The notes under the pieces are model-generated. The model made no database searches and was not told where the DNA came from. It saw only the letters and a list, made by a program, of their open reading frames with translations. Position numbers and translations under genes: made by a program. From Macrostomum lignano (taxonomy: Eukaryota), in NCBI GenBank assembly GCA_002269645.1, contig NIVC01000657.1, positions 62,001 to 126,000 of the forward strand: DNA of 64,000 bases, read 5' to 3'. The stretch's first letter is position 1, and every line of letters begins with the position of its first letter. Positions 12,801 through 24,869 of this stretch are shown in pieces.

Positions 12801-15800
12801 AAGACTGTGCAGCCTGTTGCGGTATTCCTTATTCATTAGGAAACAGTGAAATGTCGACCCACGAAGCACGAAGCCTGATATGGAAACACCTGCAAGAGAA
12901 CAATACCGCCTGGAAGTTTTGTTTCGAGTTCATCGAAGATCTGGACTTTCCATTTCTTCCGGCGCGTATCAGAGAAATATTTCTAATGCGAACAGGCGGT
13001 TACGGAAGCAGCACCAAATACTGCTATATCAACTTTGATGCTTTAAAGAAAGCCTTGAATTTAGAAGCCTTCACGAAAGACCATGACACTAGTCTGACGA
13101 TGGCTCGGAGATGGTTGGACCAGCTTCGCTCAAAAGATGCAGACCTGCACGAGCTGCTGACCGCATTGCAGTATTGCAACGACCAGTCGCTCGTGTTGAG
13201 CGCTGTTCGCGAGCACCTGAAGGAAATCTCAGAAGCGGGACTTCACACCAAATTTGTTAAAATATTAGAGCGATGGGTAAGTGTCCATTTTTATTTAAGT
13301 CTGTTAAACAAAATTTCTCACGAATATACTACTTTTTGTACGCTAACACTACGTAATGCGCAGATAGAGCCGGGTTTTCAGATGTTTTGACGCAAAAAAC
13401 GCAAATTATACTACTATCTGAAAAATGAAGTAAGTAGTATACAAAAACGCTATCCTAAGCGTGATATGGCAATATGTAGTCGTAATAATCCATGTGCTCA
13501 TATATGTACATTAATTCCATGTACATTAATCCCTATCTATCTCAAATTGGATATGTACATTAATTCCATGTACATTAATCCCTATCCCAAATTGTCTATC
13601 CCCAATTCTATATGTACACTCACATTAATCTACAGTGTCATCCCCAGCGCGCGCACCAAAATTACAACTCGAAACCCTACTACATGTACAATCTCATCCA
13701 AATGAGTCAACATTCAAGTTTTACAAACCTCGTTATATACACATTACCATTTATATGTCAATTATTCAAAACCTACATGTAGCTAATTACACTACTACCT
13801 TTAGTAGAGTTACAAATCAAGATTCTATTGAAAAAGACTGTAGTCATATAGTTTTCACATTGGAAAAGCGTATATTTTCATTTCAATAATTGAAAAAGAG
13901 AGCAAAAACAGTAAGGAGACAACAGCAAGTTGAGACTTAATTATAGCCTGTACTACCAAACCCTCCTGCACCGCGAATTGAGTGGCTGCCAGCGGCCTCC
14001 TCATCGCCATTCCCTCTAGTATATCCTCACCCCTCGAAGCCCCTATACTGAATGTTGAATCACCCTTTAACTCGGACCATAGTCAAATTCAACCCTGTTC
14101 GAAAACAGCCACCCCTCCGATGTTTACCAGACACAGCGCAGACCCCATAACAAATCGAGCTAAATTTTAACACTCGCCCCTGTTCTCTCTGTCCCCCCTT
14201 CTAAATGCCAAGGAATTTCGACCCTCTCTCCATTTTCAGTGTACAGACAGACCTTTCCACAACACAGACCATATATTAAACTTCAAAACCCCTCTCTTCT
14301 CCGATTACGTCATCCATGCCGCCCCAGATAGCAAGAAACCAACTTTTAATGCACACATCAACCCCGCGAGCAAATCCGAGTCCGCCAACCTCTACCTGCA
14401 TTGACAAACCCCAGCTGCATTTGTAAATGTACACAGCCTATGAATCAGTGTCTCCACCGCATGCAATTCTGATTTACTTGATTCTAAACTTTGTAAATTG
14501 TATAAGTCACCCTTGCGTTATACTAGAAGTAGTGAAGTCCACATATTTAAATACGTGAGGCTATTCAATTCTGCCTCTCCGCCTCCCCTACCTTCTCACT
14601 TCAAGCTTTCAGAATTGGTCTTTGAGACGGTCGGTTTAATCTGTTAGAAGCAGGAATGAATCATGCACTGACCTCTCCATACAAAGTAAAGTTGGAATTT
14701 CAGACAAGAAATTTGGTTATTTTAAAAGCTAAATGACTAGAAATGCACATTTTTTCATTAAAATGCAGCTTTTTACAGTTTTTTTACGATTTTAACCTTA
14801 AAATGCAGACTTTATTGATCAAAATCAGTAGTTTCATCACTAGAAACCATACTTTCAACAGCTAATTTGTCCAAATGTCGCTTTCAACTTGACCTTAGAC
14901 TGCTTTTAAGCAGGAATGAACCCCACACAAACATCCACAAGCCAGCCCAAAATCATCCAAAGACATGGCTATTGAAGCCTAAATTGCTAGAAATTCGCAT
15001 TTTTTTCATAAGAAAATACAAATTTTCACAGTTTTTATGCATTTTTACGTTAAAATGCAGACTTTATTGATCAAAATCAGTAGTTTCATCACTAGAAACC
15101 ATACTTTCAGCAACTAATTTGTCCAAATATCGCTTTCAACTTGACCTTAGACAGCTTTTAAGCAGGAATGAACCCCCCCACGAACATACACAAGCTAGCC
15201 CAAAATCATCCAAAGACGGCTGTTGAAGACTCAATTGCTAGAAATGAGCATTTTTTCATAAGAAAACACAAATTTTCACAGTTTTTACGCATTTTTTTCG
15301 TTAAAATGCATACTTTATTGATCAAAATCAGTAATTCATCACTAAAAACCACAATTTTAACACAAAATTATCACAAATGCTACTTCTGGAACTCTGAGAC
15401 AGCTTTGAGCAGGAATTATAATCGCACACGGATTACCCGAGCCAGTCCAATATTCCACTGAAGCCAGGGTTTTTTAAAGCTGAATTGTTAGAATTGCTCA
15501 TTCTTTCGTTTAATAAATGACAATTTTCACAGTTTTATTATTTTATAACGTTAAAATGCGAAATGTATTGGTCAAACTTAGTAGTTTCATCCCAAAAAGC
15601 CATAATTTCAACCGCTAATTTGTCCAAATGCTGATTTCAAAGTTGGCAAGAGACAGCTTTCGAGCAGGAATGAGTCACACACTGATCTCCATATGCACAC
15701 CCCGGCCCAAGTTGGAATTCCACCCAAGACATTTTCATTGAAAGCTAAATTACTAGAAATTGCACATTTTCGTTTTAAAAAGGTCAATTTTCACAGTTTT

Positions 15801-18800
15801 TACTCTTTTTAACGTTAAAATGCTGACTTTATTGAACAAAATTAATCACTTCATCAGCAGAAACCATAATTTTTACAACTTAATGCTGTTTCATCATTCA
15901 AATGTATGTATTTGGTACGTGTAATACCCCTCAAGAAGTCAGGGAAGGGATTATTCTTGAATATTGGGTTAAAACGTACAGTTTGCTATAAACCTAGCTA
16001 TAATAATTTTAACATATACAGTCGGCGAAGCGGCCCGTTGATTTCGATTGACATTTAAACTGTCCCTCCCATGCCAGACCTCTCTCTCTCTCCTGCACCC
16101 ACCGAGAAAAGTGACTCATGCGGCAATCAGTTTGACAGGTTTAGTATATTACTGAATTGGCAAAACAGCCAACACACAATGTTCATTAGACTCGTCTTCA
16201 CAGCACAGACCCATGTAGAACAGAACCACTCGTCCCTGTCTCTCTGACCTTACCATTTCTAACTGTCAAGGAATTCCGACCCTCCCTCTCCAATTTCAGT
16301 GTACAAACAGATATTTTCACAGCACAGACTCATATATTGAGCCTCCTCCAACCAAAACCCTATCTTGATTACGTCATCCACCTCCCCCATAGAAGCAGTT
16401 AGCAAGAATCAAAATTTTTCGATGCACATATGAACACTGTGAACCATGCAAAATAGCACATCTACGGGTCGATTTTGATTGACAATTTAATACCTTTTGT
16501 TGATGCTGCTGTGTACAGTAGTCTTATTTCCGAAGCTCCTAGCAGTCATCTTTTAGATGTGGTGAATCAGTGTTGTTTTTGCCAACTTTACATCTTGATT
16601 CATCCTCCAAATTCTTCAACTCTGACCATATTCAATAATTTAACCCATGCAAGTAGATTTGCCAATTCGCCAAATTGCCAATACGAATGGGGCCAGAGGA
16701 CCCACCCAAATCGAGCCCTTGTCTCTCTCAGGCCTCTCTCTCCTACACATACCCCAGAAAAGTGACTCATGAGGCAATCAGTTTAACAGGTTCAGTATAC
16801 TGAATTGGCAAAACAGCAAACACCCAATGGTCAATGGACTCGTCTTCGCAGCACAGACCATTTTGAATAAAGCCAAAACACACATACACCCCTATTCTCT
16901 GACCAAACCTTTCCATTTCTAGTTGTCAACGAAATTCGACCGGCCTCTCTCTCAATCCCAATGTACATTTTGACGAAGCAAGCAGATCTTTTCACAGCAC
17001 GGACCCAGCCTCCCCCAACCAAAGCCCTATCTCTGATTACGTCATCTATACATCCCCATAGAAGCAGTTAGCAAGAAAAAAATTTCGATGCGCATATATG
17101 AACAATGCGAACCAAGCAAATCCGCGCGTCTACCAAAGCCAACCCTACCCTGCGTGCTGTAATTGCATTTGTCAATGTACACACCCTATGAATCAGTGTC
17201 TCCTTCTTTGGAACACACGAAGGCATTAGTCAGAAAGTTTGGATGCAATTAAAAACTCTCTCGATGCTTTGCGTATAAACGAGTAATCGATTGAATCAAT
17301 TGTACACTTGACACATTTAATTACGTGCTGCCATGCAACGGAAAGACAGGATAATGGGGTGGGTGGTCACGCAGCCTCATTCTCTCTTTCCTACTGATTT
17401 TTCATTATCTATCAATCTCAGCTCTTTCCGGGGCAACTCGCGCATTTGTGCATAGTTCCTCATCAGATTTACCACATGTTCATTTACATGTGATGTACAT
17501 ATGCAAGCGGCAGCCGATTTAAACCTGAGAAATGGTTGAAGCACTCCCCCGACTATGACTAAATGCACGTACGTTCAGTCAAATACAGGAAAATTTGACA
17601 CCCGTAGTATGAAGATGAAATCTTCACGAAAGCTTCACATGTTTATCTTTCTCTGTGGAAATGACGATAGTTTCTCAAAAAAATCTGTCATAGGCCCAAT
17701 ATAGCAGTTTAAATATTTTCACGAAAATGTCGCATTATTCAAAGAACTGATTTTTGCAAACTCTACTGTCAGTAGGAAGATGAGTTTTCATAGAGACATT
17801 TTGTAAAACATAGACTAAACTTTCAAATCATTCGTTTACACGACCAACTGTCTATATTAATGGTGGGGTTATTATTACTTTACAGAAAAACGCATGTCCT
17901 GTGTTACGACACTGCCTAGCAACCGTATAATTTTTGCAGGTCAAGGAGCATTAATACATGAACTAACACTCCTATTTTACATTCATTGAGAGGCGGCGGC
18001 AGCGGGCAGAGGGGGGCCGGACCGTGACTGTGCGCAGCACAGTCCCTGTCTCTACTGCCGCCTCCGCCCGCGCCGCCGCCTCTCAATGAATGTAAAATAG
18101 GAGTGTTAGTTCATGTATTAATGCTCCTTGACCTGCAAAAATTATACGGTTGCTAGGCAGTGTCGTAACACAGGACATGCGTTTTTCTGTAAAGTAATAA
18201 TAACCCCACCATTAATATAGACAGTTGGTCGTGTAAACGAATGATTTGAAAGTTTAGTCTATGTTTTACAAAATGTCTCTATGAAAACTCATCTTCCTAC
18301 TGACAGTAGAGTTTGCAAAAATCAGTTCTTTGAATAATGCGACATTTTCGTGAAAATATTTAAACTGCTATATTGGGCCTATGACAGATTTTTTTGAGAA
18401 ACTATCGTCATTTCCACAGAGAAAGATAAACATGTGAAGCTTTCGTGAAGATTTCATCTTCATACTACGGGTGTCAAATTTTCCTGTATTTGACTGAACG
18501 TACGTGCATTTAGTCATAGTCGGGGGAGTGCTTCAACCATTTCTCAGGTTTAAATCGGCTGCCGCTTGCATATGTACATCACATGTAAATGAACATGTGG
18601 TAAATCTGATGAGGAACTATGCACAAATGCGCGAGTTGCCCCGGAAAGAGCTGAGATTGATAGATAATGAAAAATCAGTAGGAAAGAGAGAATGAGGCTG
18701 CGTGACCACCCACCCCATTATCCTGTCTTTCCGTTGCATGGCAGCACGTAATTAAATGTGTCAAGTGTACAATTGATTCAATCGATTACTCGTTTATACG

Positions 18801-21800
18801 CAAAGCATCGAGAGAGTTTTTAATTGCATCCAAACTTTCTGACTAATGCCTTCGTGTGTTCCAAAGAAGGAGACACTGATTCATAGGGTGTGTACATTGA
18901 CAAATGCAATTACAGCACGCAGGGTAGGGTTGGCTTTGGTAGACGCGCGGATTTGCTTGGTTCGCATTGTTCATATATGCGCATCGAAATTTTTTTCTTG
19001 CTAACTGCTTCTATGGGGATGTATAGATGACGTAATCAGAGATAGGGCTTTGGTTGGGGGAGGCTGGGTCCGTGCTGTGAAAAGATCTGCTTGCTTCGTC
19101 AAAATGTACATTGGGATTGAGAGAGAGGCCGGTCGAATTTCGTTGACAACTAGAAATGGAAAGGTTTGGTCAGAGAATAGGGGTGTATGTGTGTTTTGGC
19201 TTTATTCAAAATGGTCTGTGCTGCGAAGACGAGTCCATTGACCATTGGGTGTTTGCTGTTTTGCCAATTCAGTATACTGAACCTGTTAAACTGATTGCCT
19301 CATGAGTCACTTTTCTGGGGTATGTGTAGGAGAGAGAGGCCTGAGAGAGACAAGGGCTCGATTTGGGTGGGTCCTCTGGCCCCATTCGTATTGGCAATTT
19401 GGCGAATTGGCAAATCTACTTGCATGGGTTAAATTATTGAATATGGTCAGAGTTGAAGAATTTGGAGGATGAATCAAGATGTAAAGTTGGCAAAAACAAC
19501 ACTGATTCACCACATCTAAAAGATGACTGCTAGGAGCTTCGGAAATAAGACTACTGTACACAGCAGCATCAACAAAAGGTATTAAATTGTCAATCAAAAT
19601 CGACCCGTAGATGTGCTATTTTGCATGGTTCACAGTGTTCATATGTGCATCGAAAAATTTTGATTCTTGCTAACTGCTTCTATGGGGGGGTGGATGACGT
19701 AATCAAGATAGGGTTTTGGTTGGAGGAGGCTCAATATATGAGTCTGTGCTGTGAAAATATCTGTTTGTACACTGAAATTGGAGAGGGAGGGTCGGAATTC
19801 CTTGACAGTTAGAAATGGTAAGGTCAGAGAGACAGGGACGAGTGGTTCTGTTCTACATGGGTCTGTGCTGTGAAGACGAGTCTAATGAACATTGTGTGTT
19901 GGCTGTTTTGCCAATTCAGTAATATACTAAACCTGTCAAACTGATTGCCGCATGAGTCACTTTTCTCGGTGGGTGCAGGAGAGAGAGAGAGGTCTGGCAT
20001 GGGAGGGACAGTTTAAATGTCAATCGAAATCAACGGGCCGCTTCGCCGACTGTATATGTTAAAATTATTATAGCTAGGTTTATAGCAAACTGTACGTTTT
20101 AACCCAATATTCAAGAATAATCCCTTCCCTGACTTCTTGAGGGGTATTACACGTACCAAATACATACATTTGAATGATGAAACAGCATTAAGTTGTAAAA
20201 ATTATGGTTTCTGCTGATGAAGTGATTAATTTTGTTCAATAAAGTCAGCATTTTAACGTTAAAAAGAGTAAAAACTGTGAAAATTGACCTTTTTAAAACG
20301 AAAATGTGCAATTTCTAGTAATTTAGCTTTCAATGAAAATGTCTTGGGTGGAATTCCAACTTGGGCCGGGGTGTGCATATGGAGATCAGTGTGTGACTCA
20401 TTCCTGCTCGAAAGCTGTCTCTTGCCAACTTTGAAATCAGCATTTGGACAAATTAGCGGTTGAAATTATGGCTTTTTGGGATGAAACTACTAAGTTTGAC
20501 CAATACATTTCGCATTTTAACGTTATAAAATAATAAAACTGTGAAAATTGTCATTTATTAAACGAAAGAATGAGCAATTCTAACAATTCAGCTTTAAAAA
20601 ACCCTGGCTTCAGTGGAATATTGGACTGGCTCGGGTAATCCGTGTGCGATTATAATTCCTGCTCAAAGCTGTCTCAGAGTTCCAGAAGTAGCATTTGTGA
20701 TAATTTTGTGTTAAAATTGTGGTTTTTAGTGATGAATTACTGATTTTGATCAATAAAGTATGCATTTTAACGAAAAAAATGCGTAAAAACTGTGAAAATT
20801 TGTGTTTTCTTATGAAAAAATGCTCATTTCTAGCAATTGAGTCTTCAACAGCCGTCTTTGGATGATTTTGGGCTAGCTTGTGTATGTTCGTGGGGGGGTT
20901 CATTCCTGCTTAAAAGCTGTCTAAGGTCAAGTTGAAAGCGATATTTGGACAAATTAGTTGCTGAAAGTATGGTTTCTAGTGATGAAACTACTGATTTTGA
21001 TCAATAAAGTCTGCATTTTAACGTAAAAATGCATAAAAACTGTGAAAATTTGTATTTTCTTATGAAAAAAATGCGAATTTCTAGCAATTTAGGCTTCAAT
21101 AGCCATGTCTTTGGATGATTTTGGGCTGGCTTGTGGATGTTTGTGTGGGGTTCATTCCTGCTTAAAAGCAGTCTAAGGTCAAGTTGAAAGCGACATTTGG
21201 ACAAATTAGCTGTTGAAAGTATGGTTTCTAGTGATGAAACTACTGATTTTGATCAATAAAGTCTGCATTTTAAGGTTAAAATCGTAAAAAAACTGTAAAA
21301 AGCTGCATTTTAATGAAAAAATGTGCATTTCTAGTCATTTAGCTTTTAAAATAACCAAATTTCTTGTCTGAAATTCCAACTTTACTTTGTATGGAGAGGT
21401 CAGTGCATGATTCATTCCTGCTTCTAACAGATTAAACCGACCGTCTCAAAGACCAATTCTGAAAGCTTGAAGTGAGAAGGTAGGGGAGGCGGAGAGGCAG
21501 AATTGAATAGCCTCACGTATTTAAATATGTGGACTTCACTACTTCTAGTATAACGCAAGGGTGACTTATACAATTTACAAAGTTTAGAATCAAGTAAATC
21601 AGAATTGCATGCGGTGGAGACACTGATTCATAGGCTGTGTACATTTACAAATGCAGCTGGGGTTTGTCAATGCAGGTAGAGGTTGGCGGACTCGGATTTG
21701 CTCGCGGGGGTTGATGTGTGCATTAAAAGTTGGTTTCTTGCTATCTGGGGCGGCATGGATGACGTAATCGGAGAAGAGAGGGGTTTTGAAGTTTAATATA

Positions 21801-22825
21801 TGGTCTGTGTTGTGGAAAGGTCTGTCTGTACACTGAAAATGGAGAGAGGGTCGAAATTCCTTGGCATTTAGAAGGGGGGACAGAGAGAACAGGGGCGAGT
21901 GTTAAAATTTAGCTCGATTTGTTATGGGGTCTGCGCTGTGTCTGGTAAACATCGGAGGGGTGGCTGTTTTCGAACAGGGTTGAATTTGACTATGGTCCGA
22001 GTTAAAGGGTGATTCAACATTCAGTATAGGGGCTTCGAGGGGTGAGGATATACTAGAGGGAATGGCGATGAGGAGGCCGCTGGCAGCCACTCAATTCGCG
22101 GTGCAGGAGGGTTTGGTAGTACAGGCTATAATTAAGTCTCAACTTGCTGTTGTCTCCTTACTGTTTTTGCTCTCTTTTTCAATTATTGAAATGAAAATAT
22201 ACGCTTTTCCAATGTGAAAACTATATGACTACAGTCTTTTTCAATAGAATCTTGATTTGTAACTCTACTAAAGGTAGTAGTGTAATTAGCTACATGTAGG
22301 TTTTGAATAATTGACATATAAATGGTAATGTGTATATAACGAGGTTTGTAAAACTTGAATGTTGACTCATTTGGATGAGATTGTACATGTAGTAGGGTTT
22401 CGAGTTGTAATTTTGGTGCGCGCGCTGGGGATGACACTGTAGATTAATGTGAGTGTACATATAGAATTGGGGATAGACAATTTGGGATAGGGATTAATGT
22501 ACATGGAATTAATGTACATATCCAATTTGAGATAGATAGGGATTAATGTACATGGAATTAATGTACATATATGAGCACATGGATTATTACGACTACATAT
22601 TGCCATATCACGCTTAGGATAGCGTTTTTGTATACTACTTACTTCATTTTTCAGATAGTAGTATAATTTGCGTTTTTTGCGTCAAAACATCTGAAAACCC
22701 GGCTCTATCTGCGCATTACGTAGTGCTAACAGTCTTGCGTGAAATGTTTCAATTCATTTTAGAAACCGAAGGACATTCTGTCTTATCAAATGGAAAGAAG
22801 AGAACAATCTAAAAAATATGGTTGA
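9873..22825 (+). CDS. Ankyrin-repeat + Mab-21/cGAS-like nucleotidyltransferase (cGLR-like), about 1120 aa; exons 9873-11778, 11873-13276 (one extra T at about 12241-12247), 22763-22825
   Basis: About 14 ankyrin repeats (GWSALHFA, GRTALHLA, GCTPLHRA, GLTPLHIA etc.). Then the NTase motif LLGSF...DSDLD, the third-acidic motif IDRITAHPC, and the Mab-21 C-lobe motifs RLSSTFLE, LKTYHAKTLFF, W..DNL and CMPHFF. GTAAGT donors at 11779 and 13277 match in phase with AG acceptors at 11872 and 22762. The start codon and last exon are less certain. Confidence 0.85.
13347..22725. mobile_element. Giant foldback (palindromic) non-autonomous DNA transposon-like element, 9379 bp, termini CACTA...TAGTG
   Basis: Positions i and 36072-i were complementary wherever checked from 13347/22725 to 18000/18072, and every ORF pair in the track mirrors exactly with coordinate sum 36072. 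Flanks carry a direct repeat: CTAA at 13343-13346 and 22726-22729. No transposase ORF is visible. Confidence 0.88.
14640..15850. repeat. About 250-bp tandem repeat x5 inside the left arm (mirrored at 20222-21432)
   Basis: GCAGGAAT anchor at 14650, 14910, 15162, 15409 and 15664, with shared TTTATTGATCAAAATCAGTAGTTTCATCACTA-like blocks. Confidence 0.85.
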
Positions 22826-23599
22826 AAAAACAGCTGCTAATGGAATATTGCTTGCATCCGTGCACTCCTTCTCCACTCTTCTAGCAGAAAAAAATGACTG
22901 TTTACTGCTAGTTAAACAGTTGAATTCGGCTTGTGAAGCAATTGGCGCCTTTCATGACACATGAAGCAGATTAACGGGCTGTACTCGATGCTATTGTCAA
23001 CTGCCTGGTGGCTGATGCGGCATCCCGGATGCTGTCGGCGGACACGGGCTATGTTGGTACCCAATGCTTTCAAGCGCGGTTTGACGCCGTTTTCTTTCAG
23101 GCCTTTTATACAAACACGTGTTGCTGATGCTTTTGTATAGTTGTTTTTACTTGAAAGCTTTCTACTGAAGACCGACGTCTAAAAGATGTTTATAAAACGA
23201 TCTTGATAATTTTTTATCGCTATTGATTTTGCACAGTTTGCAATTGGCATTTGAGCACTTTTTGTTTCTACATGTATTTCCTGAAAATTTTCAAAATACT
23301 GTATACGAACGTAATGTGAAAGTTGAATCGATTTTTTTAATTTGTTGCAATTTTTAATACATAAGTATTCGACAAAGGTAGCTGATAATTTTTGAGTTCT
23401 GTCTACACCCTGTCATCATGTACTGTACTGTCTACATCCTGTCATTTGTCAGTTGATCGCTAAATGGGCCAATAGGGTTTCAACTGTAGCCCGCTTCTAA
23501 TATATTTTCCGAGTTCCTGGAATTCACTATCATTTTTCGTAGCATCGAGACTTTTCTTCTAAGAGTCTGAGAGTGACAAGATGCTTTCTGTAGCGATGC

Positions 23600-24130
23600 T
23601 CTCAGATTTGCTCGTCATTTTCTAGAAGTTCATCCTCAGGTGCTGCATCTTGCACGGGTGCCCTGGACAAGACGTCAGCGTCCTCGTTTTCTTTGCCTCT
23701 TACCCACCTATAGATAAGTAGATGAATGCGTCTAACTTCTGGAGGAGCCCCAACAGTCCCAGAATTCTCGATCTGGTCCAGGGTGTTAGCGATTGAGCTT
23801 CAATAGGCTCCAATGGTTTGTGATCTGTTATCATTTCAAACATCAGCAAACCCTTCAGAAATACCCTGTAATAGAAAGTTGTCTTCGCATACCTTCGAAG
23901 CATCCCTGGTCCCTGTCACTCGATAAGGATTTGTTTTTCTTCTTTAGCAGTTCTCCCTTGTCGCGTATTGGAACTACCTAATTCACCTAACTTTCTGGTG
24001 ACAGGTTTCTGGTTCTATTTTGTACTCATTAGAGCCGATGCGGAATCCTGCTAAAGTTGCGTCAGTTTCTGCTACATCAAATTTTCTGCATTCAATGAAA
24101 TCCCGAATTCCATACGCTGAGCGCAAAGAT
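23600..24130 (-). mobile_element. Degenerate Ty3/gypsy LTR-retrotransposon pol remnant (RNase H-like region)
   Basis: Minus-strand translation gives FEMITDHKPLEPI and WVRGKENEDADVLSRAPVQD, matching the gypsy motifs TDHKPL and GKxNxxADALSR. The frames are broken. Confidence 0.8.
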
Positions 24131-24869
24131 GCAGTCGCTGCTTTCTGGGTCCGCGTGGAAGAACTGCTAGGCCTGAAATTACTTCAAAGCTGTTCCATGT
24201 TTGGATCCATTGCGAGAACAGGTTGCCTGTGAAACTCCATGTCGAATTTTGACACAGCTCTAATATCAAGCTTTAGCGTGTCTGTGGCATTCATTGCCTG
24301 CCGTTCCATGCGTTGTCATGTTGCGTCGTCTGTCCGCGAAGTCACTTATTTACTGTGCCTAACAGTAAAGCGCCCACCGAAATGAAATAACAGCATTGGA
24401 GCTCCACAGGCGGCTGGTTGTCTGTCTGTCTATCTGTCTGTCTGTCTGGCTGGGTGGCTGGCTGGCTGGGTGGCTAGCGCACTCGTGCTTATAGGTCGTT
24501 AATGTACTCAAAAGCCGTGTGTTACCTATCCAATGGAGAGATAGATGCACGGCTTGAGAGTGGAATAATGCCTAGACCACCAGTGCGCGTTAGCACTGGC
24601 ATTATTGCAAGATCAAGCCGTGCATCTATCACATTGCTGACTGGTATCGCCAATTGTGGAGAAGATGTCAAATTTACCATAGACAAAGATCAATTAGCGT
24701 GCATTAATACGTCATTAGCACGTACGGCTAATTTTCGTATTTGGATACGCTATTTACTCTCGTATTTACGAGCTATTTATTTATTTATTTCGATGCACCC
24801 GTTGCACAAATTACGCAACGCTTTAGTATTCGGGTTCCGAAAAGATAGCCAGAATCCAGTAAACTCCAC

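Noticed and set aside
13466-22606. Mirrored short ORFs in the palindrome arms
   Set aside because: All under 100 aa with no transposase, integrase or polymerase motif.
13347-22725. Palindrome as a pure sequencing or assembly fold-back artefact
   Set aside because: Unique sequence resumes on both sides, a TSD is present, the intron reconstitutes and no adapter sequence is seen at the centre. Not fully excluded without reads.
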